Positions 1 to 9,400 of a stretch of DNA of 21,555 nucleotides are shown here, in pieces. The position numbers and the translations under genes are program-made. Every line of letters starts with the position of its first letter. The first letter of the stretch is position 1. The notes beneath the pieces were generated by a model. It had not been told where the DNA came from, ran no database searches, and was given only the letters and a program-made list of their open reading frames with translations. Origin of the DNA: Chthoniobacteraceae bacterium (GTDB lineage Bacteria > Verrucomicrobiota > Verrucomicrobiia > Chthoniobacterales > Chthoniobacteraceae); the NCBI GenBank assembly GCA_031409655.1, contig JANNXQ010000008.1, positions 1 to 21,555 on the forward strand. Direction: 5' to 3'.

Positions 1-3000
1 GCGGGTGACGACTTCATCGAGGTTCAAGAGCACGTTGGCCGTGAGGGTGTAGGCGGCGAGTTCGCTGGCTTTTGTTTCGGGTGCGGGTTTCGCGGCGCCG
101 ACGGTGAGGAGTTGTTCCGCGGCTTTGGCTTCCTGCTGATACTTGGCGAGGCGTTTGGTGAGACCGGCGGTGAGGACGGCCACTTCTTCCGCGTGTGGCT
201 CGCGACAGGTCACGCGTTTGAAAGCCCAGGCGATGCGCTGCTCGGGCGTCGCGCCACCTTCCGCGATCATGCCTTGGGCGAGCACGCGGGCGGCTTCCAC
301 GTAAGTCACTTCATTGAGCAGCGAGAGCGCTTGCAGCGGGGTATTGGTCCGCGAGCGTTTCACCGTGCAGATCTCGCGGTTCGGGGAGTCGAAGATGAGC
401 ATCGAAGGTGGGGCCGCGGTGCGCTTCCAGATGGTGTAGAGCGTCCGCCGGTAGAGGCTGTCGCCGGTGTCTGCCTGGTAGTTCCGCAGGTTGCCGTACT
501 TACTCGTTTCGTCCCACACGGCCGCGGGCATGTAGGGGCGGACGCTGGGGCCGCCGATCTTTTCGACGAGCAGTCCGCTCACGGCGAGTGCTTGATCGCG
601 GATGAGTTCGGCGGGAAGGCGAAAGCGTGGGCCACGCGCGAGCAGGCGATTCTCGGGATCTTTCGCGAGGAGTTCCGGCGTGACGCGCGAGGACTGCCGA
701 TAGGTGGCGCTCAGGACGATGGTCTTCTGCATCGCCTTCATGTCCCACTTCAGGCGCATGAACTCCGTAGCCAGCCAGTCGAGTAACTCCGGATGACTCG
801 GCCACTCGGCCTGCGAGCCGAGATTCTCGGTGGTCTTCGAGAGACCCATGCCGAAGAATTTTTCCCAGGCGCGATTCACCCACACCCGAGCGGTCAGCGG
901 ATTCTCCGGAGCCACGAGCCATTGGGCAAATCCGAGACGGTTCATCGGCGCGCCTTTCGGCAGCGGCGGCAGGGCGGCGGGGAGACCGCGTTCGACCTTG
1001 GGGCCGATCTTGTCGTATTCGCCACGCAACAACACAAACGCGTCCCGCGGTTTCTCGAGTTCCTTCATGACCATCGTGGTCGGAACCGCATTGAGGAAAT
1101 CGGAAAGTGTCTTGCGTGCGTCCGCGAGTTTGGCTTCGGCGCGGGTGGCGGGGTTGTCGGAATTTTCGCGGTGAAACTTGGCCAGAGCGGTGCGCTGTGC
1201 CGCGGTGCGTTTCGCTGGTTCCGCGTCGAGCGCGGTGCGGATCGCTGGCGGCAGCACGCCGCCTTCGAGTGTCACCATGGCCGGTGGCAGGGAAGTCGCG
1301 CTGAGGCGGAAGCGGCCGATGTTATGATTCGCGAGAGCCTGGTGCTTGAGCCGCACGATGAGCGTGGCGTCGGGCGGCACCGTGAGCGGCGCGCTGGTGA
1401 CAAACATAGCCTTTCGCGGCACCCGCATTTTCGGATCGTTCCCGTCGATCGCCCAACCTTTGCTCGCCGCGGCTTTGGCCTTCTGACCTCGGCCGCGTTT
1501 GGCGTTTTCCCCGACGATCGAGGCGACCGCCCAGCCCTTTTGTTCGTAGTCCGCTGCAGCTTTCACAAAGTCCGCGACGAGTTGCGTCGGAACATTGGGC
1601 GCGGTGATTTCGGCTTCGACGCCAGTGAGGACGAAGTTGCCGTTGCCGTTGCGGCCGAGGCTTTGCTGCGGGAGCGACGGATCAGGCAGAGCTTCGATCA
1701 AGAGTCCGCTGAAGGACCCCGGCGCGAGCGGTGCGGTGATGACGTAGGTGTCTTTCGGCGGACTCTTCCCACTGGCCAGCCACGAGCCATCTTCCTGCCG
1801 CGAAAACCCCGCGCCGCCTTCGCTCTTCACGTCATTCAAGGCGAGCGGCTGCCACGCTTCGGGCTGCGCCTGCAAACGCTCGCGCAAGGTTTTCTCCCAC
1901 TCGCCTTGCAGCTTCGGGAGTTCCTGCTGTGCGGCGGCGACCTGCTTTTGAGCGACGGCGACGGCGGCTTCGAGCCTCGCGATTTCGCCGTCCTGTGCCG
2001 GCGTGCTCACGCGGAGGACGGGATCCGTATTCGCGCCATTTTTGCCTTCGGCGCCGAGCACTCCGGTCTCGTCGCAGGAGTTAAAGAAGGAAAAGAGCTG
2101 ATAGAATTCCTTCTGCGAAATCGGGTCGTACTTGTGATCGTGGCACCGCGCGCAGCCGACGCTCAGCGCGAGCCAAGTCTGACCAGTGGTCTCCACGCGA
2201 TCGATGACGGTCTCGGCAAACCACTCCTCCACGATGCGCCCACCTTCGCCATTCAGCCGGGTGTTGCGGTTGAAGCCGCTGGCGATGATTTGCTCCCGTG
2301 TCGCGCCCGGCAGCATGTCGCCGGCGATCTGCTCGATGGTGAAGCGGTCGAAGGGGAGGTTCTTGTTGTAAGCGCCGATGACCCATTCGCGCCATGCCCA
2401 CATGTCGCGGCTGCCATCGCTCTGGAAGCCATTGCTGTCCGCGTAGCGCGCGGCATCCAGCCACGTCACCGCCATGTGCTCGCCGTAGCGCGGATAGGCG
2501 AGCAAACGGTCGATGAGTTTTTCGTAAGCGGCCGGCGATGCGTCCGCGACGAAGGTATCCACTTCCTGCGCGTTCGGCGGGATGCCGGTGAGATCGAGCG
2601 CGGCGCGGCGGATGAGCGTCGGCTTGTCGGCCTCCGGCGAAAGTTTCAGCCCTTCCTTTTCGAGGCGTGCGCTGATGAAAGCGTCGATCGGCTGGGCGCC
2701 TTTGGTCGGGGGAGCGGAGCGCTCCGGTTTCGCAAAGGCCCAGTGCCCCTGATACTCCGCGCCCTGTGCGATCCATTTCCGGAAGGCCTCGATCTGCTCC
2801 GGCTTGATCGTCTTGTGGACCTTCGGCGGCGGCATCACTTCGTCGCGATCCTTGGAAAGCAGCCGCGCCATGAGCGCGCTCTCCTCCGGCTTCCCTGGCA
2901 CGATCGCGATCTCGCCGGACTCCGCGGGCTTGATCGCACTGGCGCGCTCGTCCAGCCGCAGCCCGGCTTTACGTTCCTTTTCATCGAACCCGTGACACTG

Positions 3001-3132
3001 GAAGCAGGTATCGGAAAGGATCGGGCGAATGTCGCGGTTGAAGGAGACCTTGTCGTCGGCCGCAGCGGCCGGCAGGACGAAGGTGCCGAGCAACGCGAAG
3101 GTCGCGAGGGGGGAGCGGAGATTCAGGGTCAT
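1..3132 (-). CDS. Planctomycete cytochrome c / DUF1549 (PSCyt2) / DUF1553 (PSD1) domain protein, at least 1044 aa; stop codon lies just beyond the left window edge
   Basis: Not in the ORF track because it has no in-window stop. Manual translation from the ATG at 3132 gives MTLNLRSPLATFALLGTFVLPAAAADDKVSFNRDIRPILSDTCFQCHG (signal peptide plus CxxCH). A second CxxCH (VGCARCHDHKYDPISQKEFY) occurs at ~2160-2100. The frame ends at base 1 with ANVLLNLDEVVTR, the typical C-terminus of this family. Confidence 0.93.
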   Translation of the reverse strand, partial: MTLNLRSPLATFALLGTFVLPAAAADDKVSFNRDIRPILSDTCFQCHGFDEKERKAGLRLDERASAIKPAESGEIAIVPGKPEESALMARLLSKDRDEVMPPPKVHKTIKPEQIEAFRKWIAQGAEYQGHWAFAKPERSAPPTKGAQPIDAFISARLEKEGLKLSPEADKPTLIRRAALDLTGIPPNAQEVDTFVADASPAAYEKLIDRLLAYPRYGEHMAVTWLDAARYADSNGFQSDGSRDMWAWREWVIGAYNKNLPFDRFTIEQIAGDMLPGATREQIIASGFNRNTRLNGEGGRIVEEWFAETVIDRVETTGQTWLALSVGCARCHDHKYDPISQKEFYQLFSFFNSCDETGVLGAEGKNGANTDPVLRVSTPAQDGEIARLEAAVAVAQKQVAAAQQELPKLQGEWEKTLRERLQAQPEAWQPLALNDVKSEGGAGFSRQEDGSWLASGKSPPKDTYVITAPLAPGSFSGLLIEALPDPSLPQQSLGRNGNGNFVLTGVEAEITAPNVPTQLVADFVKAAADYEQKGWAVASIVGENAKRGRGQKAKAAASKGWAIDGNDPKMRVPRKAMFVTSAPLTVPPDATLIVRLKHQALANHNIGRFRLSATSLPPAMVTLEGGVLPPAIRTALDAEPAKRTAAQRTALAKFHRENSDNPATRAEAKLADARKTLSDFLNAVPTTMVMKELEKPRDAFVLLRGEYDKIGPKVERGLPAALPPLPKGAPMNRLGFAQWLVAPENPLTARVWVNRAWEKFFGMGLSKTTENLGSQAEWPSHPELLDWLATEFMRLKWDMKAMQKTIVLSATYRQSSRVTPELLAKDPENRLLARGPRFRLPAELIRDQALAVSGLLVEKIGGPSVRPYMPAAVWDETSKYGNLRNYQADTGDSLYRRTLYTIWKRTAAPPSMLIFDSPNREICTVKRSRTNTPLQALSLLNEVTYVEAARVLAQGMIAEGGATPEQRIAWAFKRVTCREPHAEEVAVLTAGLTKRLAKYQQEAKAAEQLLTVGAAKPAPETKASELAAYTLTANVLLNLDEVVTR

Positions 3133-3192
3133 CGTCCGACTAGGCTACCAGTGGCAGCACCGGAGTCTCTCACATCTTTGGGTGAGTTCTGT

Positions 3193-3828
3193 TTACTTCT
3201 GTCGCGCGAGATATCTCACCACCGCTTCGGTGCGCGAGTGGACGTGCAGCTTTTCGTAGATTTTCCGCAGATGCGTCCGCACGGTGTCGAGGCTGACGCC
3301 GAGCTGTCCGGCGATCTGTTTATAAAGTGATCCGGTGGCGAGGAGATCGAGCACTTCGCGCTCGCGCGGGGTGAGCACGGAGAGCCCGTCAGTGGCGGGG
3401 GTGCGGTGAAAGAATCCGACGACCTGCCGCGCGATCTGCGGGGACATCGGGGAGCCGCCGTCGCGCGCCTGCAGGATCGCGGCGGCAATTTCCGAGGGGG
3501 GCGTGCGTTTCAGCAGGTATCCGCAGGCGCCGGCCTTGAGGGCGTCGAAGATCATCGGGGCGTCTTCGTAAGTGGTGAGGATGAGATAGAGCACCGACGG
3601 ACAAAGCGCGCTGAGGCGGGCGACGCATTCGATGCCGTTCATGCCGGGGAGATTCACATCCACGAGCGCAAGGTCGGGTGCATTTTGCACGATGCCTTTC
3701 AACGCCGCTTCGGCCGTCGGATAGATGGCGATGCATTCGATCTCGGCTTCGCCGAGGCGGAAAAATTTTTCCAGCGCTCGGGCAAAAGGCGCGGCGTCTT
3801 CGATCATCGCGACACGGACGGCGCTCAT
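3193..3828 (-). CDS. NarL/FixJ-family response regulator (REC + LuxR HTH), 211 aa
   Basis: REC motifs MIEDA, LVDVNLPGMNG, LILTTYED, GACGYLLK and the LuxR HTH LTPREREVLDLLATGSLYKQIAGQLGVSLDTVRTHLRKIYEKLHV. Start moved from 3912 to the ATG at 3828, which overlaps the kinase stop (ATGA). Confidence 0.95.
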   Translation of the reverse strand: MSAVRVAMIEDAAPFARALEKFFRLGEAEIECIAIYPTAEAALKGIVQNAPDLALVDVNLPGMNGIECVARLSALCPSVLYLILTTYEDAPMIFDALKAGACGYLLKRTPPSEIAAAILQARDGGSPMSPQIARQVVGFFHRTPATDGLSVLTPREREVLDLLATGSLYKQIAGQLGVSLDTVRTHLRKIYEKLHVHSRTEAVVRYLARQK

Positions 3829-5993
3829 GGTCTGGGGGGCCGCAGGGGAGAGGGAAGTGGGGCGCGCATCTCGACTTCGGTGCCACCTTTCTCCCGGCGA
3901 CGCACGCTGCAAGTTCCGCCGATCGATTCGAGACGCGTCCGCATATTCGCCAGCCCGTCCCTCCCAGCGCCGCCAGGATCGGTCGGCAGACCCGCCCCAT
4001 CATCGAGCAGCCGGATCAGCAAGTGCGGCGGTTCGTGGCGCAGCGTGAGGGTGACTTCCGAAGCGCGGGCGTGTTTCACCACATTTTGCAGCGCCTCCTT
4101 GAGCGCGAGCACGAGATTGTGCCGGGCCTGGGCGCGGATCTCGATCTCCGGCCAGTCGAGCGGTGCATCGACGTGGCAGGTGATCTCGAGCGGCCCGAGG
4201 TAACTCGTGGCGCACTGCGCGAGATATTCGGCGAGCGAGGCGAGCGTGTCGTTGCGCGGATTCACGGTCCACACCACTTCGTCGAGCGACGCGACGGCCT
4301 GCCGCGCGATGTCCGTGAGTTGGCGGAGGCCAGTCTGCGCGGCGTCAGGCAATTGGTATTCGCGGCCGAAGATCTCCTGGAGGATGGCGAGTTGCGAAAG
4401 GCGCGCGCCCACTTCGTCGTGCATATCGCGGGCAATGCGGTCGCGCTCTTCATCGAGCGCGGCCTCGGCCTCGAGCAGCGCCATCCGCAGGGCGAGTCGG
4501 CGGCGGGCGAAATGCCGCAGGAGCCAGGCGAGGCCAGCGAGGGCCGCGGCGATCACCACGGCGCGAAACCCGACCGTCTGCCAAAAGTGCGCGGTCACTT
4601 TCATCGGCAGCGAGAAGATCGCGGAATCCCACTCGCGATCGGTATGGCGCGCCTGCGCTTCAAAGACGTAGCGGCCTGGCGGCGGACACGACAGGCCGAT
4701 GGCGAGCCCCTCCGCGCCCTGCCAGTCCGCATGGTAGCCGCGGAGGCGCCAGCGGAGCGGCAGATCCTCCGGCACCCCGGCAGGGGTAAACTTCAGCGTC
4801 AGCTCGATCCACCGGGCACCCGCCGGGACCGTGAGCGTCTGCGGAGAAGTGGGTGGGCGATCGTCGATCCGCACGGTGGCGATTTGCACCGCGAGCGTTT
4901 CGTAGATTTCGACCTCGGCGAGTTGCGGAGAAAAGGCGATCGGGCTGTCGCTGCTGATCCGCAGATAGCGACCGCGAAAATTCCCCGTGCCCGCGCTGGC
5001 ATGCACGATGTCGAGTTCGCCCGGTTGGGGATGCGAACCATCCGCGCGATGGCGGCCGCGCCAGACCGGCAGCGCCCCGAAATCCGGGACGTCTTCGTAG
5101 AGCTTCAGCATGACCCGCGAGAGTCGTTCCGGCACCGAGCCATCGCCGCGACTGCGCAAGGCGATGTGGTCCAGAGTGCGCAACGTGCCGAGATCGATTT
5201 CAAAGTAAAACTCGGCAGCGAGATCGGGCTGAATCGGATGAGCGATGGTTCCCGGCAGCCCGTCGGTCAGCATCCCCGGGGTGAATGGTCCCCAGAGTGG
5301 ATGCGACGCTTTGACTGGCTTGCCGAGAGCGATGTTCGTCGTCCGCGACTCGGCAGCCTCGACACGGAACTCGGTGAGCATGAAATCCCCGGAGCGCCCC
5401 GGAGCGACCGTCGGCCCGATTTTCGACGCTGCTCTTTCCCGAGGAAAAACGTCCACCCGAAAGGCCGTGACTGGACGGCTCGGCATCCGGACGCCGATCT
5501 GGAAAACGGCGTCCAACGCGATGCCGGTGATCCGGAATTCCGATTTGGGTGCCAGCGCCGTGAAGTGCCCGTCGTCCCCGAGGTCGAGGTCCGGGCCCGT
5601 GGCGCTGAAGCGCACCGGGCTGAGCGGCGCCCATGCGCTTTCGAGGCTCGGATTCGGATCGGTGGTCGCTGAGAGCGCGAACTCATCGAAGTAGCTCGCG
5701 GGCCGTCCGGAGAGGAAACAGAGCGTCACTTCACAGGTCTCCACTTCCACCGGACTGCGCGTGCGAAAGATCGCTGCCTGCGGCTCCGCGACGCGCGTCC
5801 CCACCGACCAACCGTTGCGCCCCACATCGCTGCCATCGATCACCTCCAGAAGCTGTGGGTCGCTGCCATCGTGGAAGGTCGTCACCACGGATTCCAATGG
5901 CACCGGCGCCGGATGGACGCGCGGAACGGCGATGAGGAAGAGCGCGGCCATGCCGAGCGCACGATGGCGAAGCTGGGAAGATGGCGGACTCAT
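3825..5993 (-). CDS. Membrane sensor histidine kinase (HisKA_3 + HATPase_c) with a large extracytoplasmic region containing a discoidin/F5_8-like domain and a Y_Y_Y-like domain, 722 aa
   Basis: N-terminal signal-like segment. Discoidin-like motifs NIALGKPVKAS, IDLG, RGRYLRI, LAEVEIY. Y_Y_Y-like LRWRLRGYHADW..PPGRYVFEAQA. FWQT followed by a TM helix. H-box ERDRIARDMHDEVG, N-box EALQNVVKHA, G-boxes DDGAG and GLANMRTR. Confidence 0.94.
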   Translation of the reverse strand: MSPPSSQLRHRALGMAALFLIAVPRVHPAPVPLESVVTTFHDGSDPQLLEVIDGSDVGRNGWSVGTRVAEPQAAIFRTRSPVEVETCEVTLCFLSGRPASYFDEFALSATTDPNPSLESAWAPLSPVRFSATGPDLDLGDDGHFTALAPKSEFRITGIALDAVFQIGVRMPSRPVTAFRVDVFPRERAASKIGPTVAPGRSGDFMLTEFRVEAAESRTTNIALGKPVKASHPLWGPFTPGMLTDGLPGTIAHPIQPDLAAEFYFEIDLGTLRTLDHIALRSRGDGSVPERLSRVMLKLYEDVPDFGALPVWRGRHRADGSHPQPGELDIVHASAGTGNFRGRYLRISSDSPIAFSPQLAEVEIYETLAVQIATVRIDDRPPTSPQTLTVPAGARWIELTLKFTPAGVPEDLPLRWRLRGYHADWQGAEGLAIGLSCPPPGRYVFEAQARHTDREWDSAIFSLPMKVTAHFWQTVGFRAVVIAAALAGLAWLLRHFARRRLALRMALLEAEAALDEERDRIARDMHDEVGARLSQLAILQEIFGREYQLPDAAQTGLRQLTDIARQAVASLDEVVWTVNPRNDTLASLAEYLAQCATSYLGPLEITCHVDAPLDWPEIEIRAQARHNLVLALKEALQNVVKHARASEVTLTLRHEPPHLLIRLLDDGAGLPTDPGGAGRDGLANMRTRLESIGGTCSVRRREKGGTEVEMRAPLPSPLRPPRP

Positions 5994-6121
5994 GCGGGAC
6001 CGGGAGATAATCGGTTTACCGGTCGCGCGTCGATGAGGCGCTGATCACGAAGCTCGCGAGCCCCGCTTTCTGGCGTCCAAGCAGCGTCGCGCCCGGCATG
6101 CGTCTTTGGATATTTTCCGAC

Positions 6122-6151
6122 TTGACGCGCCGGTTCCATTTCAGTTAGGCC
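6122..6151 (+). promoter_or_regulatory. Possible sigma70-like promoter for the large secreted protein gene
   Basis: TTGACG at 6122-6127 in the divergent intergenic region; only a poor -10 match (TTAGGC/TAGGCC) 17-18 nt downstream. Confidence 0.2.
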
Positions 6152-6426
6152 ACTCGTTCATGAGGTCCAAGCAAAAGCCCGAGTGCTCGCCAGAAGAAGG
6201 CGTATTGGGACAGGTAAGTATTCGAGAGGAGCTGGCTTCACGAACACAGCTTTCCCCCCCATTCATTCGCCCACGCCATTGCCGTTGGCAGACCTCGCGA
6301 CCTTAGTCGCAAGTCCTCACTCGTCTTCCCGACAACCAACAACCACCTGGTCTTTTCGCCGCGCGGTCACGGCAAAGCGCCTCGCAATCCTTGGCGATAG
6401 CTCCACGCCACTCCACTAAGTTCCCT

Positions 6427-9400
6427 ATGAAAACAAACCTATCATGTCGGTCGGCTTCGTTCCGTCGCAAAGCAGACAGGAAACTCTTTAACCTGTTAAC
6501 TGTCAGGCGGGCGGTGCTGCTCGCGTTCGTTGTGGTCGCAGCTTGTTTGGCCGGACCGGCATTCGGCCAGCAAACTCAGGCTCCGGTTTTCGTGGGTGCG
6601 CCGGTCACGCCAATTCGAGTCACCGTGAAACCTGCAGCCGTGACGCAGCCAGCGCCCGCCAGCGCTGGGGAAGCTATCACGGTTCCGGAAGGCGAGCCGT
6701 TGCCAACCGTGGCTCCGCCTCCACACCAACCGATCTTCGATCCAGTGTTTCAGCAGTCTCGTCAGAGGGTGGTGAAAAAGGGTGGTGGGTTGTTCACGGA
6801 TAGCGTTTCAGCGCCGATCGTGAATGTTCCGGGAATTACTTCCGGATCCAACCCACCGGATGTGACGGGGGATGTCGGACCTAATCACTTCATTCAGATG
6901 GTCAACGCGACCCGCTTTCAAATTTTTAACAAGGCGGGAGCACCGCTGACGGCTGCGTTGCTATTTGGGGACTTGTGGACTCCACCGACCGGGAATGCAG
7001 GCGATCCGATCGTCGTTTACGATCATCTTGCGGATCGCTGGGTCTTAACTCAGTTTTTCAGCGGGGGCATGTACTTCGCGGTGTCGGAAACCCCGGATCC
7101 CACGGCGGGGACTTGGTTCCTCTATGAGTTTAACACCAGCACCGGCCTCCCTGACTACCCGAAGATCGGGGTCTGGCCGGACGCCTTTTACATGTCCACC
7201 TTCGAGTCTGGCTTGGGGATCTATGCGTTCGACCGGGTCAAAATGTTGGCCGGCCTTCCTGCCGGCTTCGTCAAGACGACGATTTCCGGCCTGACCCCCT
7301 CGCCTGGCATTCGCGACACGCGCATCCTTCCCGTCGATCTCGATGGGCCGCCTCCGCCGGTCGGCACGCCCGGCTACTTTGTGCGGACGGTCGATAGCCA
7401 GCAGGACATTTCCAACCCGAGCGACCGGGTTGAGATCTATGAGGCGAGGGTCAATTGGACCGGACCGACCTTCAGTTTTCCGCTCGTGAACACGCTGGCG
7501 CCTGCCGCCTTCAATACAATGGTCGGCAATCGAAACGGCGGCGGAGTTCGCGACATGATTCCCCAACCGAACACGACCGCCACGGTGGACTCCCTTTCGA
7601 ACCGGCCGATGATGCAACTCAAGTACCGCTACTTCGGGTCCACGGCGAAGATGGTTTTCTGCCAGACCGTCGATATCAGCGGGAGCATTCCGGCGCTTCT
7701 CGGCTTCACCCCGGCGGACGAAGTCGCCGGAATCCGCTGGTACCAATTGGACAAGCCCGGTGCCAACTGGACGATCGAGCAGCAGGGCACCTTCGGCGAC
7801 CAACCGCCCGGCGCGACCAATGAAAGTCAGCTCCTGCACCGCTGGATGGGGAGTGCGGCCATGAATGGCGCGGGGGACCTCGCCATTGGCTACAGCATCT
7901 GCAACGACGACGACACCAATCCGATTTTTCCGGGCATCCGTTACACCGGCCGAGTGGCCAGTGATCCGCCAGGAACGCTTCTCCAGGGTGAAGGTGTCAT
8001 TCTCAATGGCACCACTTCAAAAGGGGCCAATGGTTCGTTCGGTAATCGCTGGGGCGACTACGCGCAGATGGGCGTGGACCCGACGGATGACACGACCTTC
8101 TGGTTCACCACGCACGTCGCCACCGGTGCCACCCAGATCGCGTCGTTCACCGTGAGTTTGCCGACCGGCCCGGAGATTCTCGTCGAGCAGCCCGTGAGCA
8201 ATGCGCTCCTCGATGGAGTAGGAAGCCGAAACTTCGGCGTGCTGCCACCGGGTGGTAGCGCGACTTTGACCTTCACCATCAGAAGTATCGGAGCGGGGGA
8301 TCTTACGGGATTGAGTGTGTCGAAGGACGGCGCCAACAGCGCGGATTTCACGGTTGGTTTGTTGGGAGTAACGACGCTGCCGACAGGGGCATCGGCTACG
8401 TTCACGGTGACCTTTACCCCAGGCGCTCTGGGCACTCGGAATGCGGCTATTCGCATCGCAAGCAATGACCCGGATGAGAATCCCTTCGACATCGCGCTGG
8501 AGGGAACCGCGCTGCTCCAGGAAATCATGGTCGAACAGCCCGCAGGCACCGACCTGGTCGATGGAACAGCCACGCGTGACTATGGCTTTGTGACCCTCGG
8601 CAGCACCCCTGCGCTCACCTTCACAATAAGGAATGTTGGCGGGGCCGATCTGACTGGCTTGAGTGTAACGAAAGACGGTGCCAATAGCGGCGATTTTACC
8701 GTCGGAGCGCTGGGCGCTGTCACTCTGCCTGGTGAGGGAAGCACGACTTTCACGGTCACTTTCGCGCCCGGCGCTCAAGGGGTGCGCAATGCCGCCATCC
8801 ACATCGCGAGCAATGACGCGGACGAAAACCCGTTCGACATCGCACTGAGCGGCACGGGCTTTCTGCCGGAGATCGCGGTGGAGCAACCGGAAGGAACCAA
8901 CCTGACCGATGGCGTAAGCACGGTCGCCTATGGGAATGTGCTCGTCGGCGCAGCGTCCGTGAAGCGCTTTGCCATTAAGAACGCGGGGATTGGTCCACTC
9001 ACTGTCAGCTCCGCGAATATCAACGGCACGAATGCCGCGGAATTCGCCCTGGGAACACTCAGCGCTACCAGCTTGCAAGCAGGGGAAACCGCCTACCTTG
9101 ACGTCACCTTTAGTCCGTTGTCCGCGATCGCCAAGTCGGCGGCGTTGCACATCGTGAGCACCGATCCCAATGAGTCACCCTTTGACATCGCGCTCACTGG
9201 TACGGGCGCAACGCTCGGCGGCCCGGTCTCGCTCCTCCGCGATATCAATCGGACGGCCAACGGCTTGGCGCCTGGGGTGCCGGTGGTGATCGGCGGGGTG
9301 GCATTCTTCACGGGAACGGCGATTAACGAAGGCACGGAGTTGTGGCGATCCGACGGAACGGCCGCGGGCACTTTCCTCGTGAGGGATATCCTTGCGGGCA

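Noticed and set aside
112..3330. Long plus-strand ORFs 112..786 and 793..3330 (845 aa)
   Set aside because: Antisense shadows of the minus-strand cytochrome c/PSD1 gene, which has clear family motifs. The shadow translations have no recognisable motifs.
3406..5672. Plus-strand ORFs 3406..4203 and 3678..5672 (664 aa)
   Set aside because: Antisense to the response regulator and kinase; typical high-GC shadow ORFs.
6160..6420. Possible riboswitch (c-di-GMP-I-like GGCAAA near 6371) in the long leader of the surface protein gene
   Set aside because: The GNRA-capped P2 stem and the downstream GCAAAGCC/receptor stem are not evident. An Infernal/Rfam scan would be needed to revive this.
6427..6570. 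Twin-arginine (Tat) signal in the giant protein (SFRRK, VRRAVLL)
   Set aside because: Poor match to S/T-R-R-x-F-L-K. A long Sec-type signal is more plausible for a ~2400-aa protein.
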